Shown here: piece after piece, positions 1 to 9,037 of the stretch
How the letters are laid out: each line of letters starts with the position of its first letter
Position numbering within the stretch: the stretch's first letter is position 1
IMG/VR virus record: IMGVR_UViG_3300005611_000182
Location: 1 to 25,107 of that record
Reading direction: 5' to 3' (one strand)
DNA length: 25,107 bases
Source: a virus
Taxonomy: Duplodnaviria; Caudoviricetes
Notes under the pieces: model-generated
The model's database searches: none
What the model was told of the DNA's origin: nothing
The model's input: only the letters and a program-made list of their open reading frames with translations
Position numbers and translations under genes: made by a program

Positions 1-824
1 ATGACGCGGACCCACATGGAGGTCGGGATACTGCCGAGCGTAACCGTAGTAGCCGTCAGCGGGGTGTTGCTCCCGGTACGGCGGCAGACGACGTAGAGCT
101 TCCCCTGCCCGTCCAGCCAGAAGCCGCCACCGGGGCCCCTTCTGGCCGGGCTCGTGGTGCCGAACATCTCGCAGATGACGTAGTCGTCCGTCTGCGGGAG
201 GCTGATGCTGGTGAGGCGCCAGGTCGCAACCATGATGCTGCCCTGCGCAACATCGGAGACGATGTCCAGCTCCAGGCCGGCGCCCAGGATGGTGCCGCCA
301 GAAGCGTTGAGGGCCTCGGCTACAATGCCGGTGCTGCCATCGGGGCCGAAAGTCGCAGCGCTGCCGCCGTAGCTGTCGAAGTCGGCGCCGTCGACAGTGC
401 GAGTAGTGCCCGCGTCTGCACTCCAATCTGCCGCGGCCTCGTCGGTGAAGTCGACCGAGAAGACAGAGCTGGGAGCGGTGAGGCCGCCGGCTACTGCTGC
501 CTTGCTCACCGCAAACGAGATGGACGCGGTCAACCCGTCCGCCGCGGTCGTCGTGTGCGTCACGAGCAGCGTGCTCCCCGCCGTCGGCTCTGGGACGCTC
601 GGCGTGGTCGTCGCCGAGTCCGTGACCACCACAGGCAGGCCCGTGGTCGTGTCGACGGCCGTGGTTGCGACGCTGGCCCCGTCGTGGCTCAGGGTCGGCG
701 TGTAGGCGCCGCTCTGGTCCGCGACGTTGCCCAGAGAGGAGGAGATTGTCGGGTCGGTGCAGGAGGGAGCGGCGCTCGGTGCAGCCGGGTACTCGAAGCC
801 CTGGTTCGGGTAGGAGAGCGCCAT
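1..824 (-). CDS. Putative tail fibre / receptor-binding or virion surface protein, 3'-truncated by the window edge
   Basis: Not in the ORF track; translated by hand. ATG at 824 overlaps the upstream stop (TGATG) and the frame is open to base 1: MALSYPNQGFEYPAAP...LLVTHTTTAADGLTASISFAV...VFSVDFTDEAAADW...GFWLDGQGKLYVVCRR. Thr/Ser/Gly-rich beta-type sequence distal to the tail-tip genes. Function is inferred. Confidence 0.6.
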   Translation of the reverse strand, partial: MALSYPNQGFEYPAAPSAAPSCTDPTISSSLGNVADQSGAYTPTLSHDGASVATTAVDTTTGLPVVVTDSATTTPSVPEPTAGSTLLVTHTTTAADGLTASISFAVSKAAVAGGLTAPSSVFSVDFTDEAAADWSADAGTTRTVDGADFDSYGGSAATFGPDGSTGIVAEALNASGGTILGAGLELDIVSDVAQGSIMVATWRLTSISLPQTDDYVICEMFGTTSPARRGPGGGFWLDGQGKLYVVCRRTGSNTPLTATTVTLGSIPTSMWVRV

Positions 825-1264
825 CAGTCGGCCAAGCCTGCGCAGAGGAGGTAGCGGGTCGTGATGGCGTTGTCCGAGCCAGAGTCCGGAACAGGGCGCT
901 CGTAGAAGGAGCCGCCAGCCGGGAAGCTGTACGGGATGCCGTCTGCGACGTAGTTGAAGACCTGGGCTCCGGCGGTGCCGTTCTCGAGGCGCCACGCCCC
1001 GGTAGCCGGGTCCGTCACGTTGCCCAGCACCGGGTCGACGGTGGAGCCGGACCCTGCGGTGAGGTCACCAATCTGCCCGAAGATGCGCCCCATCTGCGGG
1101 AGTTGGTAGACCCTCCCGCTGGAGTCGGTGCCAGCGAGCGGCACGGCGGCCTCGGTGGCGGTGCCGGCGCTGGTGTAGGAGATCGTGATCTCGAACTCGG
1201 CCCGAGACCCGCCATCGCGGGCGGTCTTCGTGGGTACTTCCCTCACCTGGAACGTGAACGCCAT
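824..1264 (-). CDS. Hypothetical virion/tail-associated protein (146 aa)
   Basis: ORF with GC-rich third positions, coupled to the next gene by TGATG and located in the tail module. No family recognised. Confidence 0.65.
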   Translation of the reverse strand: MAFTFQVREVPTKTARDGGSRAEFEITISYTSAGTATEAAVPLAGTDSSGRVYQLPQMGRIFGQIGDLTAGSGSTVDPVLGNVTDPATGAWRLENGTAGAQVFNYVADGIPYSFPAGGSFYERPVPDSGSDNAITTRYLLCAGLAD

Positions 1265-1300
1265 GTTTCACCCTGGAACGATGCGGTTTCAGAATAGCAC
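1265..1300. promoter_or_regulatory. Tandem pair of 15-bp palindromic operator-like sites
   Basis: GTTTCA-CCC-TGGAAC (1265-1279) and the weaker GTTTCA-GAA-TAGCAC (1286-1300), 21 bp apart. The same motif recurs at 15174-15210 and 18605-18640. Confidence 0.6.
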
Positions 1301-1319
1301 GGCAATTTCCCCCGGTCCA
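1291..1319 (-). promoter_or_regulatory. Predicted sigma70-type promoter for the distal tail genes
   Basis: Minus strand TGGACC-N17-TATTCT with an extended -10 (TGn), 26 bp upstream of the ATG at 1264. Confidence 0.45.
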
Positions 1320-1363
1320 TGGTGGTTGCCACGTTGCCCGATGCGGCTACAGACAGCGTCAAC

Positions 1364-1384
1364 CGCACGGAGGGACCCATGCGC
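1364..1384 (+). repeat. Left copy of an exact 21-bp inverted repeat (CGCACGGAGGGACCCATGCGC)
   Basis: Identical to the reverse complement of 9490-9510; spans the RBS and start codon of the lipoprotein gene. Confidence 0.85.
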
Positions 1385-1822
1385 ACCACACTCGCTCTCG
1401 CCCTGACTCTCGCCGCCGGCTGTGCCGAGGCCCGCCTCGAAGACTCCGCCGCAGAGGCCGGGGATGCCTCCCCGTCCATGCTGGGCGCGTGGGGCATCCT
1501 CGCCCCGTTCCCGGTCTACTACCAGCTCGACCACTACACGCTCCGCAACCCCGCCTCACCGGCGTGGCCGCTGGTCACCCTCGAGCTGGACCAGGAATCC
1601 ATCCTGCTCGGCGTCGACTACGAGACCACCAGCGGCGGCCGGTCGTGGGCGCTCGTCGACGAGTCCCCCAACGACTGCGAGCCCGCGGACGACGCCATCG
1701 CCTGCACTATCCTGGGCGAGCCTGCGGTCTTCCGCAACCGGAACGGAGGGTGGGAGGTGCCGACACGCTCCATGGCCTGGGGCGACGCGGTCTACGGCGT
1801 CACCTCAATCGCGGAACGGTAG
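1379..1822 (+). CDS. Predicted lipoprotein (147 aa), moron-like, opposite strand
   Basis: GGAGG RBS, then MRTTLALALTLAAGC: basic residue, hydrophobic core and lipobox-like AAGC with Cys15. It fills a gap in minus-strand coding. Start moved from 1319 to 1379. Confidence 0.75.
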   Translation: MRTTLALALTLAAGCAEARLEDSAAEAGDASPSMLGAWGILAPFPVYYQLDHYTLRNPASPAWPLVTLELDQESILLGVDYETTSGGRSWALVDESPNDCEPADDAIACTILGEPAVFRNRNGGWEVPTRSMAWGDAVYGVTSIAER

Positions 1823-3400
1823 CCGCATCAGCTCCAACGTGAGCAGCAGCCCGGTCGTGGTTGGCGTCCACGCCACCACACGACACGGCATCCTCGAGAG
1901 CGAGTAGTCGGAAGCCGTCAGCAGGACGCCCATCCCGGGCTGAATCCTGGCCTTGTCGTAGCGGACGCGCAGAGTCAGCTCAGCAACGGGGACGGCAGCC
2001 CTGACCACCTCGTCGGCCGCGATGAGTCCCGCTGTCGAGTCTCGCCAGACGAAGCGGCTCGAGATCTTGCTCTCGCCCCCCGACGGATTCGCCTCGAAGA
2101 GGCCTGAGCGGTGGGTCGTGGTGTCCCGCGCGGCCGAACCCGTCTGCGAGTAGAGGACCTCCTCGGCAGAGAGAGAGATGGAGCTCCCGTAGCCCTCCGA
2201 GACCGGCGAGTACGCGTACTCGACACGCACCGACGAAGAGAGGTCGGAGCGCGGCTTGACCAGCTTCGGACGGCCGACCTGCCAGCAGTCCTGTCCAACG
2301 GTGAGGTGGTCAATGCACTCGTGCTCGATCGGGGGCCGGCGCAGCAGCGTGAAGAAGTGCCCGCCGGGGCCCGGGGCCAGAGACAGCGGCAGGATGGGTA
2401 GAAGCTCGTCCTCGATGAACTCGGAGGGCTTCCCTTGGTCATCCCAGAATCCGTCTATGCGGTACCGGTCCAGCACATCGGCGGCGGAGATGATGCTGCC
2501 AAGGTCGTACTGGATGGTCGACCGCTCGGCCATCCACCGCAGATGGCTCGTGGCCTTGGTCCAGAGGGTGCCGTCGTAGGGGTCTGGGATGGCGCCGGCC
2601 TCTGGCCATGCCACGAAGATCTTGTCGCCGCCGTCGGTCGGGTCGTCGCCCGGCCCGCCGGCGTTGGTGGTGAAGCTCGTGTAGGTCTGCCCCAGGCCGT
2701 CCGTCAACTGGGCGAGCGTGTCCGAGCCGGTGTGGTTGCCGCCGTCGATGAGGTCAACAGTTGTCGAAGGCACGAAGCCACCGGCCACCATGACCTCATA
2801 CCGAGCCCCGGACGTTCGCAATTGGAACGCTGGCGAGCCTGGAGCGCCGAGGCCAGGGCGGCCGAACGGCATCGGGTACCACCGCCCGTAGCAGCTCGTG
2901 ATGGTCTGCAGAGGGCTCAGTGCAAGCGGCTGCGTCTTGGGACCGACCCGCCTCTCTGGGTCCAGGATGGTGCCGAGGTCATCCTCGGAGAGCTCTGGAG
3001 ACAGCTGCGCCCGAACCGTCTGCCCTGGGAGCGCCAGCTCCTCGAGGTCGAGAAGCCCATCCATGACCACGGTGCGGGTCTCCCAGCTCCCCCCGCTCGG
3101 CAGGATGGCCAGCTCCGCGGTCGCCAGGTGGATGGGCACGCCAGCGAACCAGAGAGCAGCCAGGTCGCCTGGGAAGCGGAGCTGAATCGGAATCGACATC
3201 TCCTCAGCCGCGCCCGGCTCGGTCGCCAGCTCGATGGAGACATCCACCGAGACCAGCCCGGAGAGGTACTGCAACGGGCCGAACTCGGCCGACTCCACCG
3301 AGACCGCGGAGTCGGCGATGCGGTACACCGTGCGGCCGATCTTGAGGCTCAGCAGCCAGCGGTAGCCGGGGGCCAGCGCAGAGCGCCCGAGCAGCATCAT
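1805..3400 (-). CDS. Putative tail-tip hub / Tal-like protein (531 aa)
   Basis: Second gene after the tape measure, ATGA-coupled; WYPMPFG motif; C-terminal RIQPGMGVLLT...CRVV beta segment typical of hub proteins. Confidence 0.6.
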   Translation of the reverse strand: MMLLGRSALAPGYRWLLSLKIGRTVYRIADSAVSVESAEFGPLQYLSGLVSVDVSIELATEPGAAEEMSIPIQLRFPGDLAALWFAGVPIHLATAELAILPSGGSWETRTVVMDGLLDLEELALPGQTVRAQLSPELSEDDLGTILDPERRVGPKTQPLALSPLQTITSCYGRWYPMPFGRPGLGAPGSPAFQLRTSGARYEVMVAGGFVPSTTVDLIDGGNHTGSDTLAQLTDGLGQTYTSFTTNAGGPGDDPTDGGDKIFVAWPEAGAIPDPYDGTLWTKATSHLRWMAERSTIQYDLGSIISAADVLDRYRIDGFWDDQGKPSEFIEDELLPILPLSLAPGPGGHFFTLLRRPPIEHECIDHLTVGQDCWQVGRPKLVKPRSDLSSSVRVEYAYSPVSEGYGSSISLSAEEVLYSQTGSAARDTTTHRSGLFEANPSGGESKISSRFVWRDSTAGLIAADEVVRAAVPVAELTLRVRYDKARIQPGMGVLLTASDYSLSRMPCRVVAWTPTTTGLLLTLELMRLPFRD

Positions 3401-6400
3401 GTCACACCCTCCAGCGTGATGGCTGGCACTCGCTGCAGCTGGCCATCGCCCTCGTCACCGACGATGTTCTCGTAGGTGACGCGGCGGGGTCCCTGGGCAT
3501 AGAGGTACTGGTGCCGATGCAGGAGCATGTAGGAGTCAGGCGGTCCACGGACGATCTCGTGAATGAAGAGCACCGAGCCATCCCGCCCCCCGACGCGGTC
3601 CAGGAAGCCGCGCAACATGGCGACCTGCCCCGCGCGGTTGTTGGTCGGGACCGCCCCAGAGCTGGCGGAAGCAGACCAGAAGGGGGCGTCGTAGGGGTCT
3701 GCGGTCCAGGTCGGGTCCGTGAACGCGATGCGCAGCTGCTCGCCCGTCGGACCAAGCTGGCGAGTGAAGACCGCCCCGTCATCGGCCCGGGTCTCTTCCA
3801 CGGTGTCAGTCGCTCGCCGGCTCCACCCGTAGGACGGGCCGCGCAGAAGCTCGAGGTCGAAGAGCTGCAAGATCCCGCACTGGTGGTAGTTGGGCACGTT
3901 GGCCTGCGAGTCCCAGACCACCTGGAAGCCGGCGTAGTCCTGCCCCAGGAGGTAGCAGACCAAGACCCCGTTCGGGCTCCAGATCTCGCCGTTGGATGCA
4001 CCAGACGTGGCCTCGGTGCCTGTCACACCCTCGAGCGGGAGCACCAGCGGCGGGCCGCCAGTGCCGGACGGGGCCAAGCATCCGCCGCGGTGCTTCCCAA
4101 TCCTGCGCAGGTTGTTGGGTCCAGTCGGGCCCAACTTGAATGTGCCCCCCTCGAGTTCATTGTCGCCTACCCAGATGGTTGAGCCGCTCTTCGTCGGGCG
4201 CACCGTGTTGCCGTAGCGCGACCACGACAGCCCCGTCATGCCCGAGGCCATGTCGATGGAGCCCAGGCTCGCCCACGCGCTCGACTGGTAGCCGTAGAGG
4301 GTGCCCGTCCGGCTGGTCGCGTTGAGGATGAGCAGCGCTACCGCGTCCGAGATGGGACGGCTCTCGTCGTTGCCCAGGATGGTGGGGTGCGCTGCGCACG
4401 CGATGGAGACAGCCGCCGGTGGGCTTGCCGTCGCGCCACGCCACACCGCCCGAGGGCTTCGTGACTCGCCAGCGAACAGGTTTTCGACTCCGAACTCGGC
4501 GACACCGGTGAGGGAGTAGGTGTCGCCCGTGCGCCCCGGGCCTCCGTACCAGTTGAGGTAGATGCCGTCGGTCATCCACATCGGCGCCGAGGAGATGGGC
4601 CGCCCGGCGAAGTCGTCGGGGACGGTCCTCGAGTAGAGAGACGTTCCGCCGATCTCAGCCTCGCGACCGTAGACGAGCCGCCGAATCCAGTAGGCGATCG
4701 TGCTCGTGTCCACCGTGCCGATGGTCAGGACGGCCCCGGTCAGAGAACCGGTGGTGAGCGAGTCCGTGGAGGCGATGGTCTGCCAGTTGCGGTCGTCGCC
4801 GTACTCGTCGAGTTCGCGGGCCTGGGCGACGCACTCCCGCCCGTCAATCCAGAGGCGAAGCTGCAGCTTCGTCGCGCTCCCCAGGGTCATCTGAGAGCCG
4901 ACCTGTGCGCCCGCCTCCTCGTCCCAGAGGGCCAGGGTTGTGGTCCCGGTCACCACGCCCACCCGGATGTGGGCCTGGGTGTCGAAGCCGACCGTTGAGT
5001 TCCGCAGGCCCAGGATGCACTGGTCTGCCGTGAGCCCCGTCGCAGAGAATCCCGAGTCGATCTCGATGTCCATCTCCACCAGCAGGGCGCCACTGCCCGG
5101 CACGCTCACCGACCAGTTGAGCTGGCCGCTCGTGGTGGAGACCTTCTGCCCCTCAGCCTCGATGGCGGTGCTTTGGGTTCCGCTGGTGTTCTTGGTCAGT
5201 CCGCAGGACGACAGCAGGGACAGCGGGAGCCACGAGTAGGTCATCGTTGCCCGGTAGTCCGAGCGGATGGAGGCGCCCTTCGCCGGGAGCTCCGCCGTCG
5301 ACCAGCCGCCCAGGTGCCATAGGAAGAGGTCGGGCTGCGGGATCGTCTGGAACCAGTTGGAGGCGACCACCAGCCGGCCAGAGGTGGCGCACATCGACAC
5401 GCCGTAGGGGAAGACCGTCGAGACGGAGAGCGCGCCCATGGTGAACACGTCGACCGGCGTGTCGCCGAAGACGGCGGAGTCGGGGGTCGCGATGGGCTGC
5501 CAGGTCAGGCCAGCGTCGGGGCTGCGGTACATCGTGAAGGCGTTGTCGTAGGCGCCGCCGGCCGTCGTCTCGGCCTTGAGCATCAGGTAGATCGCCCCGT
5601 CCTCGTCTGTAGTGGCGGCGATCTCGGAAATGCAGATGTTCGACGCGACTCCGCGGACCTCCCAAGCCAACGAGAGTGCGGTCTGGTCGCTCTCGTCGAG
5701 GGGTTGCCCCGCTCCGGAGAGGAGGGCGAAGTAGACCTGCGAGTCGGCACCGCCGAAGTAGCAGATCACGAACTGGTCACCGACAACGGCGACATCACAC
5801 CGGCCCTCGTAGACCGTCGGGCCCGCTTCGGTCTGGTACACCGACTGAAACGTCGCTGCGCCATCCGAGGAGACGCACTGAATCATGTGGTTTCGCGGGT
5901 CGTCCGTGTCGTGGGCGATGACCTCCGCAGCGAGCAGGATGGTGCCCAGACGCGAGACGGCGCCGCGGAGGCGCCCGGTGTCGAATCCGGAGGCCGCCGA
6001 GCCTGGGCTGCCCGAGCAGTCGACGGAGAGGCCGGCGTAGCGCTGGTGCAGCTGCCACGAGCTCGAGCCGGCGGGGCGGCGGTAGGTCGTGAGGTAGGCG
6101 ACAGCCTGGTCCGAGTCGTAGCCCCAGAACACCAAGATCACGTCACCCGACGGCATGACCAAGAGGCACGGGTGCGGCTCCTGGGTGAACGCCGACGACT
6201 GCGAGAGCACCTGCACCGTTGTCTGGGTGCCGTCCATCGCGAGCGCGTTGACCTCCACCGTGTAGGTGGTGCTGACCCCGTTGGAGCGCTCGCCAACGTA
6301 GGCAGTCAAGATCTCGCCGCTGGCTGTCGCGGCAACGTGCACCTGGTCGGTCGACTGGATGCCGGTGGCTGCCCCGACATCAATCCAGAGCGGCGTGTAG

Positions 6401-6711
6401 CCCGTGCACCACGAGGGCGGGTCCCAGCCACGATAATAGGTGTCGGCCTGACTGGCGTACTTCCAGAGGCTGCCCGGCCCGTTGGGGCCAGGGAAGCCCG
6501 AGCGCGAGACCCGCGTCGCGTAGTTGATGACCTCCGACGGGGATCCGCTCGCCGTGAGAGCGAAGCCCCCCTGCTGGTCTGCCGTGACCTCGGGGGGCCG
6601 AGGCGTCTGCTCGGTGATGCTGGACTCAGCCAGCCAGAGGTTTCCGTGCTGCCAGACCTGCGACGGTGAGCCGAGGGCCCGATACCGACTCTGTGAGATG
6701 TCCGTCGCCAT
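3397..6711 (-). CDS. Large tail protein (1104 aa) with Asp-box/BNR beta-propeller region and a putative C-terminal distal-tail (Dit)-like domain
   Basis: Immediately after the tape measure gene; Asp-box motifs SSDGAATF and RSPDAGLTW; C-terminal YGWSRRATDTVEETRADDGAVFTRQLGPTGEQLRIAF resembles Dit-like sequence. Confidence 0.65.
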   Translation of the reverse strand: MATDISQSRYRALGSPSQVWQHGNLWLAESSITEQTPRPPEVTADQQGGFALTASGSPSEVINYATRVSRSGFPGPNGPGSLWKYASQADTYYRGWDPPSWCTGYTPLWIDVGAATGIQSTDQVHVAATASGEILTAYVGERSNGVSTTYTVEVNALAMDGTQTTVQVLSQSSAFTQEPHPCLLVMPSGDVILVFWGYDSDQAVAYLTTYRRPAGSSSWQLHQRYAGLSVDCSGSPGSAASGFDTGRLRGAVSRLGTILLAAEVIAHDTDDPRNHMIQCVSSDGAATFQSVYQTEAGPTVYEGRCDVAVVGDQFVICYFGGADSQVYFALLSGAGQPLDESDQTALSLAWEVRGVASNICISEIAATTDEDGAIYLMLKAETTAGGAYDNAFTMYRSPDAGLTWQPIATPDSAVFGDTPVDVFTMGALSVSTVFPYGVSMCATSGRLVVASNWFQTIPQPDLFLWHLGGWSTAELPAKGASIRSDYRATMTYSWLPLSLLSSCGLTKNTSGTQSTAIEAEGQKVSTTSGQLNWSVSVPGSGALLVEMDIEIDSGFSATGLTADQCILGLRNSTVGFDTQAHIRVGVVTGTTTLALWDEEAGAQVGSQMTLGSATKLQLRLWIDGRECVAQARELDEYGDDRNWQTIASTDSLTTGSLTGAVLTIGTVDTSTIAYWIRRLVYGREAEIGGTSLYSRTVPDDFAGRPISSAPMWMTDGIYLNWYGGPGRTGDTYSLTGVAEFGVENLFAGESRSPRAVWRGATASPPAAVSIACAAHPTILGNDESRPISDAVALLILNATSRTGTLYGYQSSAWASLGSIDMASGMTGLSWSRYGNTVRPTKSGSTIWVGDNELEGGTFKLGPTGPNNLRRIGKHRGGCLAPSGTGGPPLVLPLEGVTGTEATSGASNGEIWSPNGVLVCYLLGQDYAGFQVVWDSQANVPNYHQCGILQLFDLELLRGPSYGWSRRATDTVEETRADDGAVFTRQLGPTGEQLRIAFTDPTWTADPYDAPFWSASASSGAVPTNNRAGQVAMLRGFLDRVGGRDGSVLFIHEIVRGPPDSYMLLHRHQYLYAQGPRRVTYENIVGDEGDGQLQRVPAITLEGVT

Positions 6712-6712
6712 C

Positions 6713-8845
6713 CTACGCTCCCCTCTGTCCGACAGCGCCAGAGCGGCGTGTCTCGCGCAGCATACGCCGGGCGCCCGGCGTCATGGTCAGTTCTACCCGC
6801 GCTGGGCGCGCGGCGCCGCCCTCGAGCCGCTCGCGGATGCCGTCGGCGCCTCCGAGGTCCTGTGTGGTCTGCCGGTCCATGACCGACTCCCCGGGGAGGA
6901 CTCGTGCGAGCTGCTGGTCTGGCGTCTGCGCCATCGGCGTGGAGGGCTGCCCACCTGGAAGGACCGTCCCGCCGATGTCGAAGGTCTGGGCGGTCGGCGG
7001 CTTGGCGACCGCGACCTGGGCCAGCGCGTTGCCGTATCCTGCGGTAGCCGCCGCAAGCGCGAGGCCGCGAGCGAAAGGCACCGGGATGGCCAGCGCCCGC
7101 ATGATGCCGACGCCATACTCGAAGTTGATCTGAGCAATGGACAGCGCCTTGAACGCCGTGAAGAGCCCCTTCGCCGCCTTGTTGCCCGCGTTGGCGGCGG
7201 CCTGGGCTGCCAGCCCGAAGCTCTGGGAGAAGGCACCGGCGGCGGCGCCAGCATTCGAGACGATGAGCTGCTGGCGGGCCTGGGCAGCTGCGCGGGCCTC
7301 TTCGTCGGCGCGGGCGCGGGCCTCGCGGATCTGCTGGATGGCGTCGAGTTCGAGCTCGGTCATCGCCATCGCGGCCTCTTGCTGCACGATCTCATCTTCT
7401 GCGCGTGCATCGGCGATGGCCTGGATCTTGTCCAGTTCCGCTTGTGCGGTCGTCCGGATCTGCTGCTCTTCGGTCATCGCGGCGAAGGCAGCCTCGCGCT
7501 GGCGCTCCGCAAGGCTGGCTCGGATGGCCTCCAGTTCCGAGAGGGCTACCGCCTGCTCGTCGATGGCCTCGGTTTCCGCCTTGATGGCCTTACGACCACC
7601 ACCGCCATCGTCCTCGTCATCTTCGCCACCTGGGAGCACCTGGGTCCCGCCCCGATGCTGCATCAGCGACTGGTTGATGGAGTCCGCCCACTGCGCGCCG
7701 CGTCCGAGGTTTTCTGCGAGCTCGCGGTAGCGCTCAGCCGCATCGAAGCCGCCCAGGTCCTCGGCGACCTCGCGGGCATACTGGCGGATCTCGTCTGCTG
7801 CTCGGCGGCGAGATTCCTCCATCTCCTGGAACCGGGCGGCGACATGCCCCAGGCCGGCGAACTCTGCCATGTCGCCAAGCAAGCCCAGCGCCTCAGCGGC
7901 CAGTTCCCGCATAGAGCCTACAGCCTCTCCGAACGCCAGAGGAATCGCGGCCACCCCCATCTTGGCGCCCTGGATAGCCATGTCGACGAGGTCCATGCCG
8001 TCGACCAGAAGGCCAGCCGTAGAGATCGCCGTCTGCAGCGCCGCGACGAAGCTCGAGCCCACCGTCGACGCGATGGACTGGATGGTGTCGCGGTTGTCTT
8101 CGATGAGGTCGAGCAACCCGCGGGCGGCTGCCTTCGCCGCGTCGAAGGTGCCCTCTGACGCGACCGCCATCTCGAACTTGGTCCACTCGTCCTGCAGGTT
8201 GCTGATCAGCCCGGCCATGGTCTTCGACATGCGCTCGGTGCCCCCCGCGATCTTGCCGTCGGGGTCGGTGAGCGTGTCGATGAGTGCGGCGCGGAACTCC
8301 TCCGCGCCCATTTCGGTGGCCTTCATGCCGGTGCGCATCTCCACCATCGCGAGCACGCCCCGCTCTCGGAGAAGGTCGGCGGAGCCCGCACCAGCCGTCA
8401 GGGCCTTGCCTACGGCCTGGGCGCTCTGCTCCAGGTCCATCCCCAGCGCTCCCGACAGGTCCATGACCGCGGTGCGCAACTCCCCCGCGTTCTGCCCGTA
8501 GCTCTCCAGGACCGCGTCAGCGCTCACCAGCTGCTCGAGGTTGAACGGGGTGGAGCTGGCGACCGAGAAGAGTTCGTCCAGCCTGCGCCGGCCCTCACCA
8601 GCACCGCCCAGCACGGTGGCGAGGCGGGCCTCGAGGGTCTCGAACTTGGCCGCCTGCATGACCGCAGAGGCGCCCAGACCGACCAGCGCGGTGGATGCCG
8701 CCCCGATGGCCGAGGCCGTCGCCAGGAAGGCAGCCTCGGCGGCCTGGGCCACCCTGTCGACCTTGCCCGGGACCCCGCGAAGCGCGCGGTCGAACGGGCC
8801 CGTGTCGAGTCCGAGGGTGAAGCTCAGGGAGTCAGCGATGGCCAT
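6713..8845 (-). CDS. Tail tape measure protein (710 aa)
   Basis: Ala-rich helical protein after the chaperone genes; N-terminal LGLDTGPFDRAL, tape-measure motifs ASSTPFNLEQL and GGTERMSKTMAGLISNLQD, C-terminal FDIGG...LPGESVM. Confidence 0.9.
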   Translation of the reverse strand: MAIADSLSFTLGLDTGPFDRALRGVPGKVDRVAQAAEAAFLATASAIGAASTALVGLGASAVMQAAKFETLEARLATVLGGAGEGRRRLDELFSVASSTPFNLEQLVSADAVLESYGQNAGELRTAVMDLSGALGMDLEQSAQAVGKALTAGAGSADLLRERGVLAMVEMRTGMKATEMGAEEFRAALIDTLTDPDGKIAGGTERMSKTMAGLISNLQDEWTKFEMAVASEGTFDAAKAAARGLLDLIEDNRDTIQSIASTVGSSFVAALQTAISTAGLLVDGMDLVDMAIQGAKMGVAAIPLAFGEAVGSMRELAAEALGLLGDMAEFAGLGHVAARFQEMEESRRRAADEIRQYAREVAEDLGGFDAAERYRELAENLGRGAQWADSINQSLMQHRGGTQVLPGGEDDEDDGGGGRKAIKAETEAIDEQAVALSELEAIRASLAERQREAAFAAMTEEQQIRTTAQAELDKIQAIADARAEDEIVQQEAAMAMTELELDAIQQIREARARADEEARAAAQARQQLIVSNAGAAAGAFSQSFGLAAQAAANAGNKAAKGLFTAFKALSIAQINFEYGVGIMRALAIPVPFARGLALAAATAGYGNALAQVAVAKPPTAQTFDIGGTVLPGGQPSTPMAQTPDQQLARVLPGESVMDRQTTQDLGGADGIRERLEGGAARPARVELTMTPGARRMLRETRRSGAVGQRGA

Positions 8846-8851
8846 GGTGCC

Positions 8852-9037
8852 TCACTTCGGGGGCTGCTTCGGGGTGTAGGCGCCGGAAGACTCGGCCCGG
8901 AAGTGCTCGATGTGCATGTCGACCAGAGGGCGCGGGAGCGCGTAGAACTCCATCGGGTCCAGAATACCGATCTTGCCGATAAGAAGCATGACCATCTCCA
9001 GCCCGGTCAGGGGGACGGTGCTCCCGGCCCTTGGGAG
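8852..9037 (-). CDS. -1 frameshift extension of the tail assembly chaperone (gpT-like; fusion about 214 aa)
   Basis: The -1 frame reads GKLPRAGSTVPLTGLEMVMLLIGKIGILDPMEFYALP... from the slippery site and stops 6 bp before the tape measure start. Confidence 0.8.
   Translation of the reverse strand, partial: LPRAGSTVPLTGLEMVMLLIGKIGILDPMEFYALPRPLVDMHIEHFRAESSGAYTPKQPPK

Noticed and set aside
1265-1279. Operator palindrome as a parS site
   Set aside because: It resembles GTTTCA-CG-TGAAAC, but every copy here has a 3-bp variable centre rather than the 2-bp centre of parS.
1326-1353. Plus-strand promoter TTGCCA-N16-TACAGA for the lipoprotein
   Set aside because: The -10 lacks the conserved final T and spacing is suboptimal; too weak to call.
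1-6711. Diversity-generating retroelement acting on tail genes
   Set aside because: No reverse transcriptase or template/variable repeat pair seen in the window.
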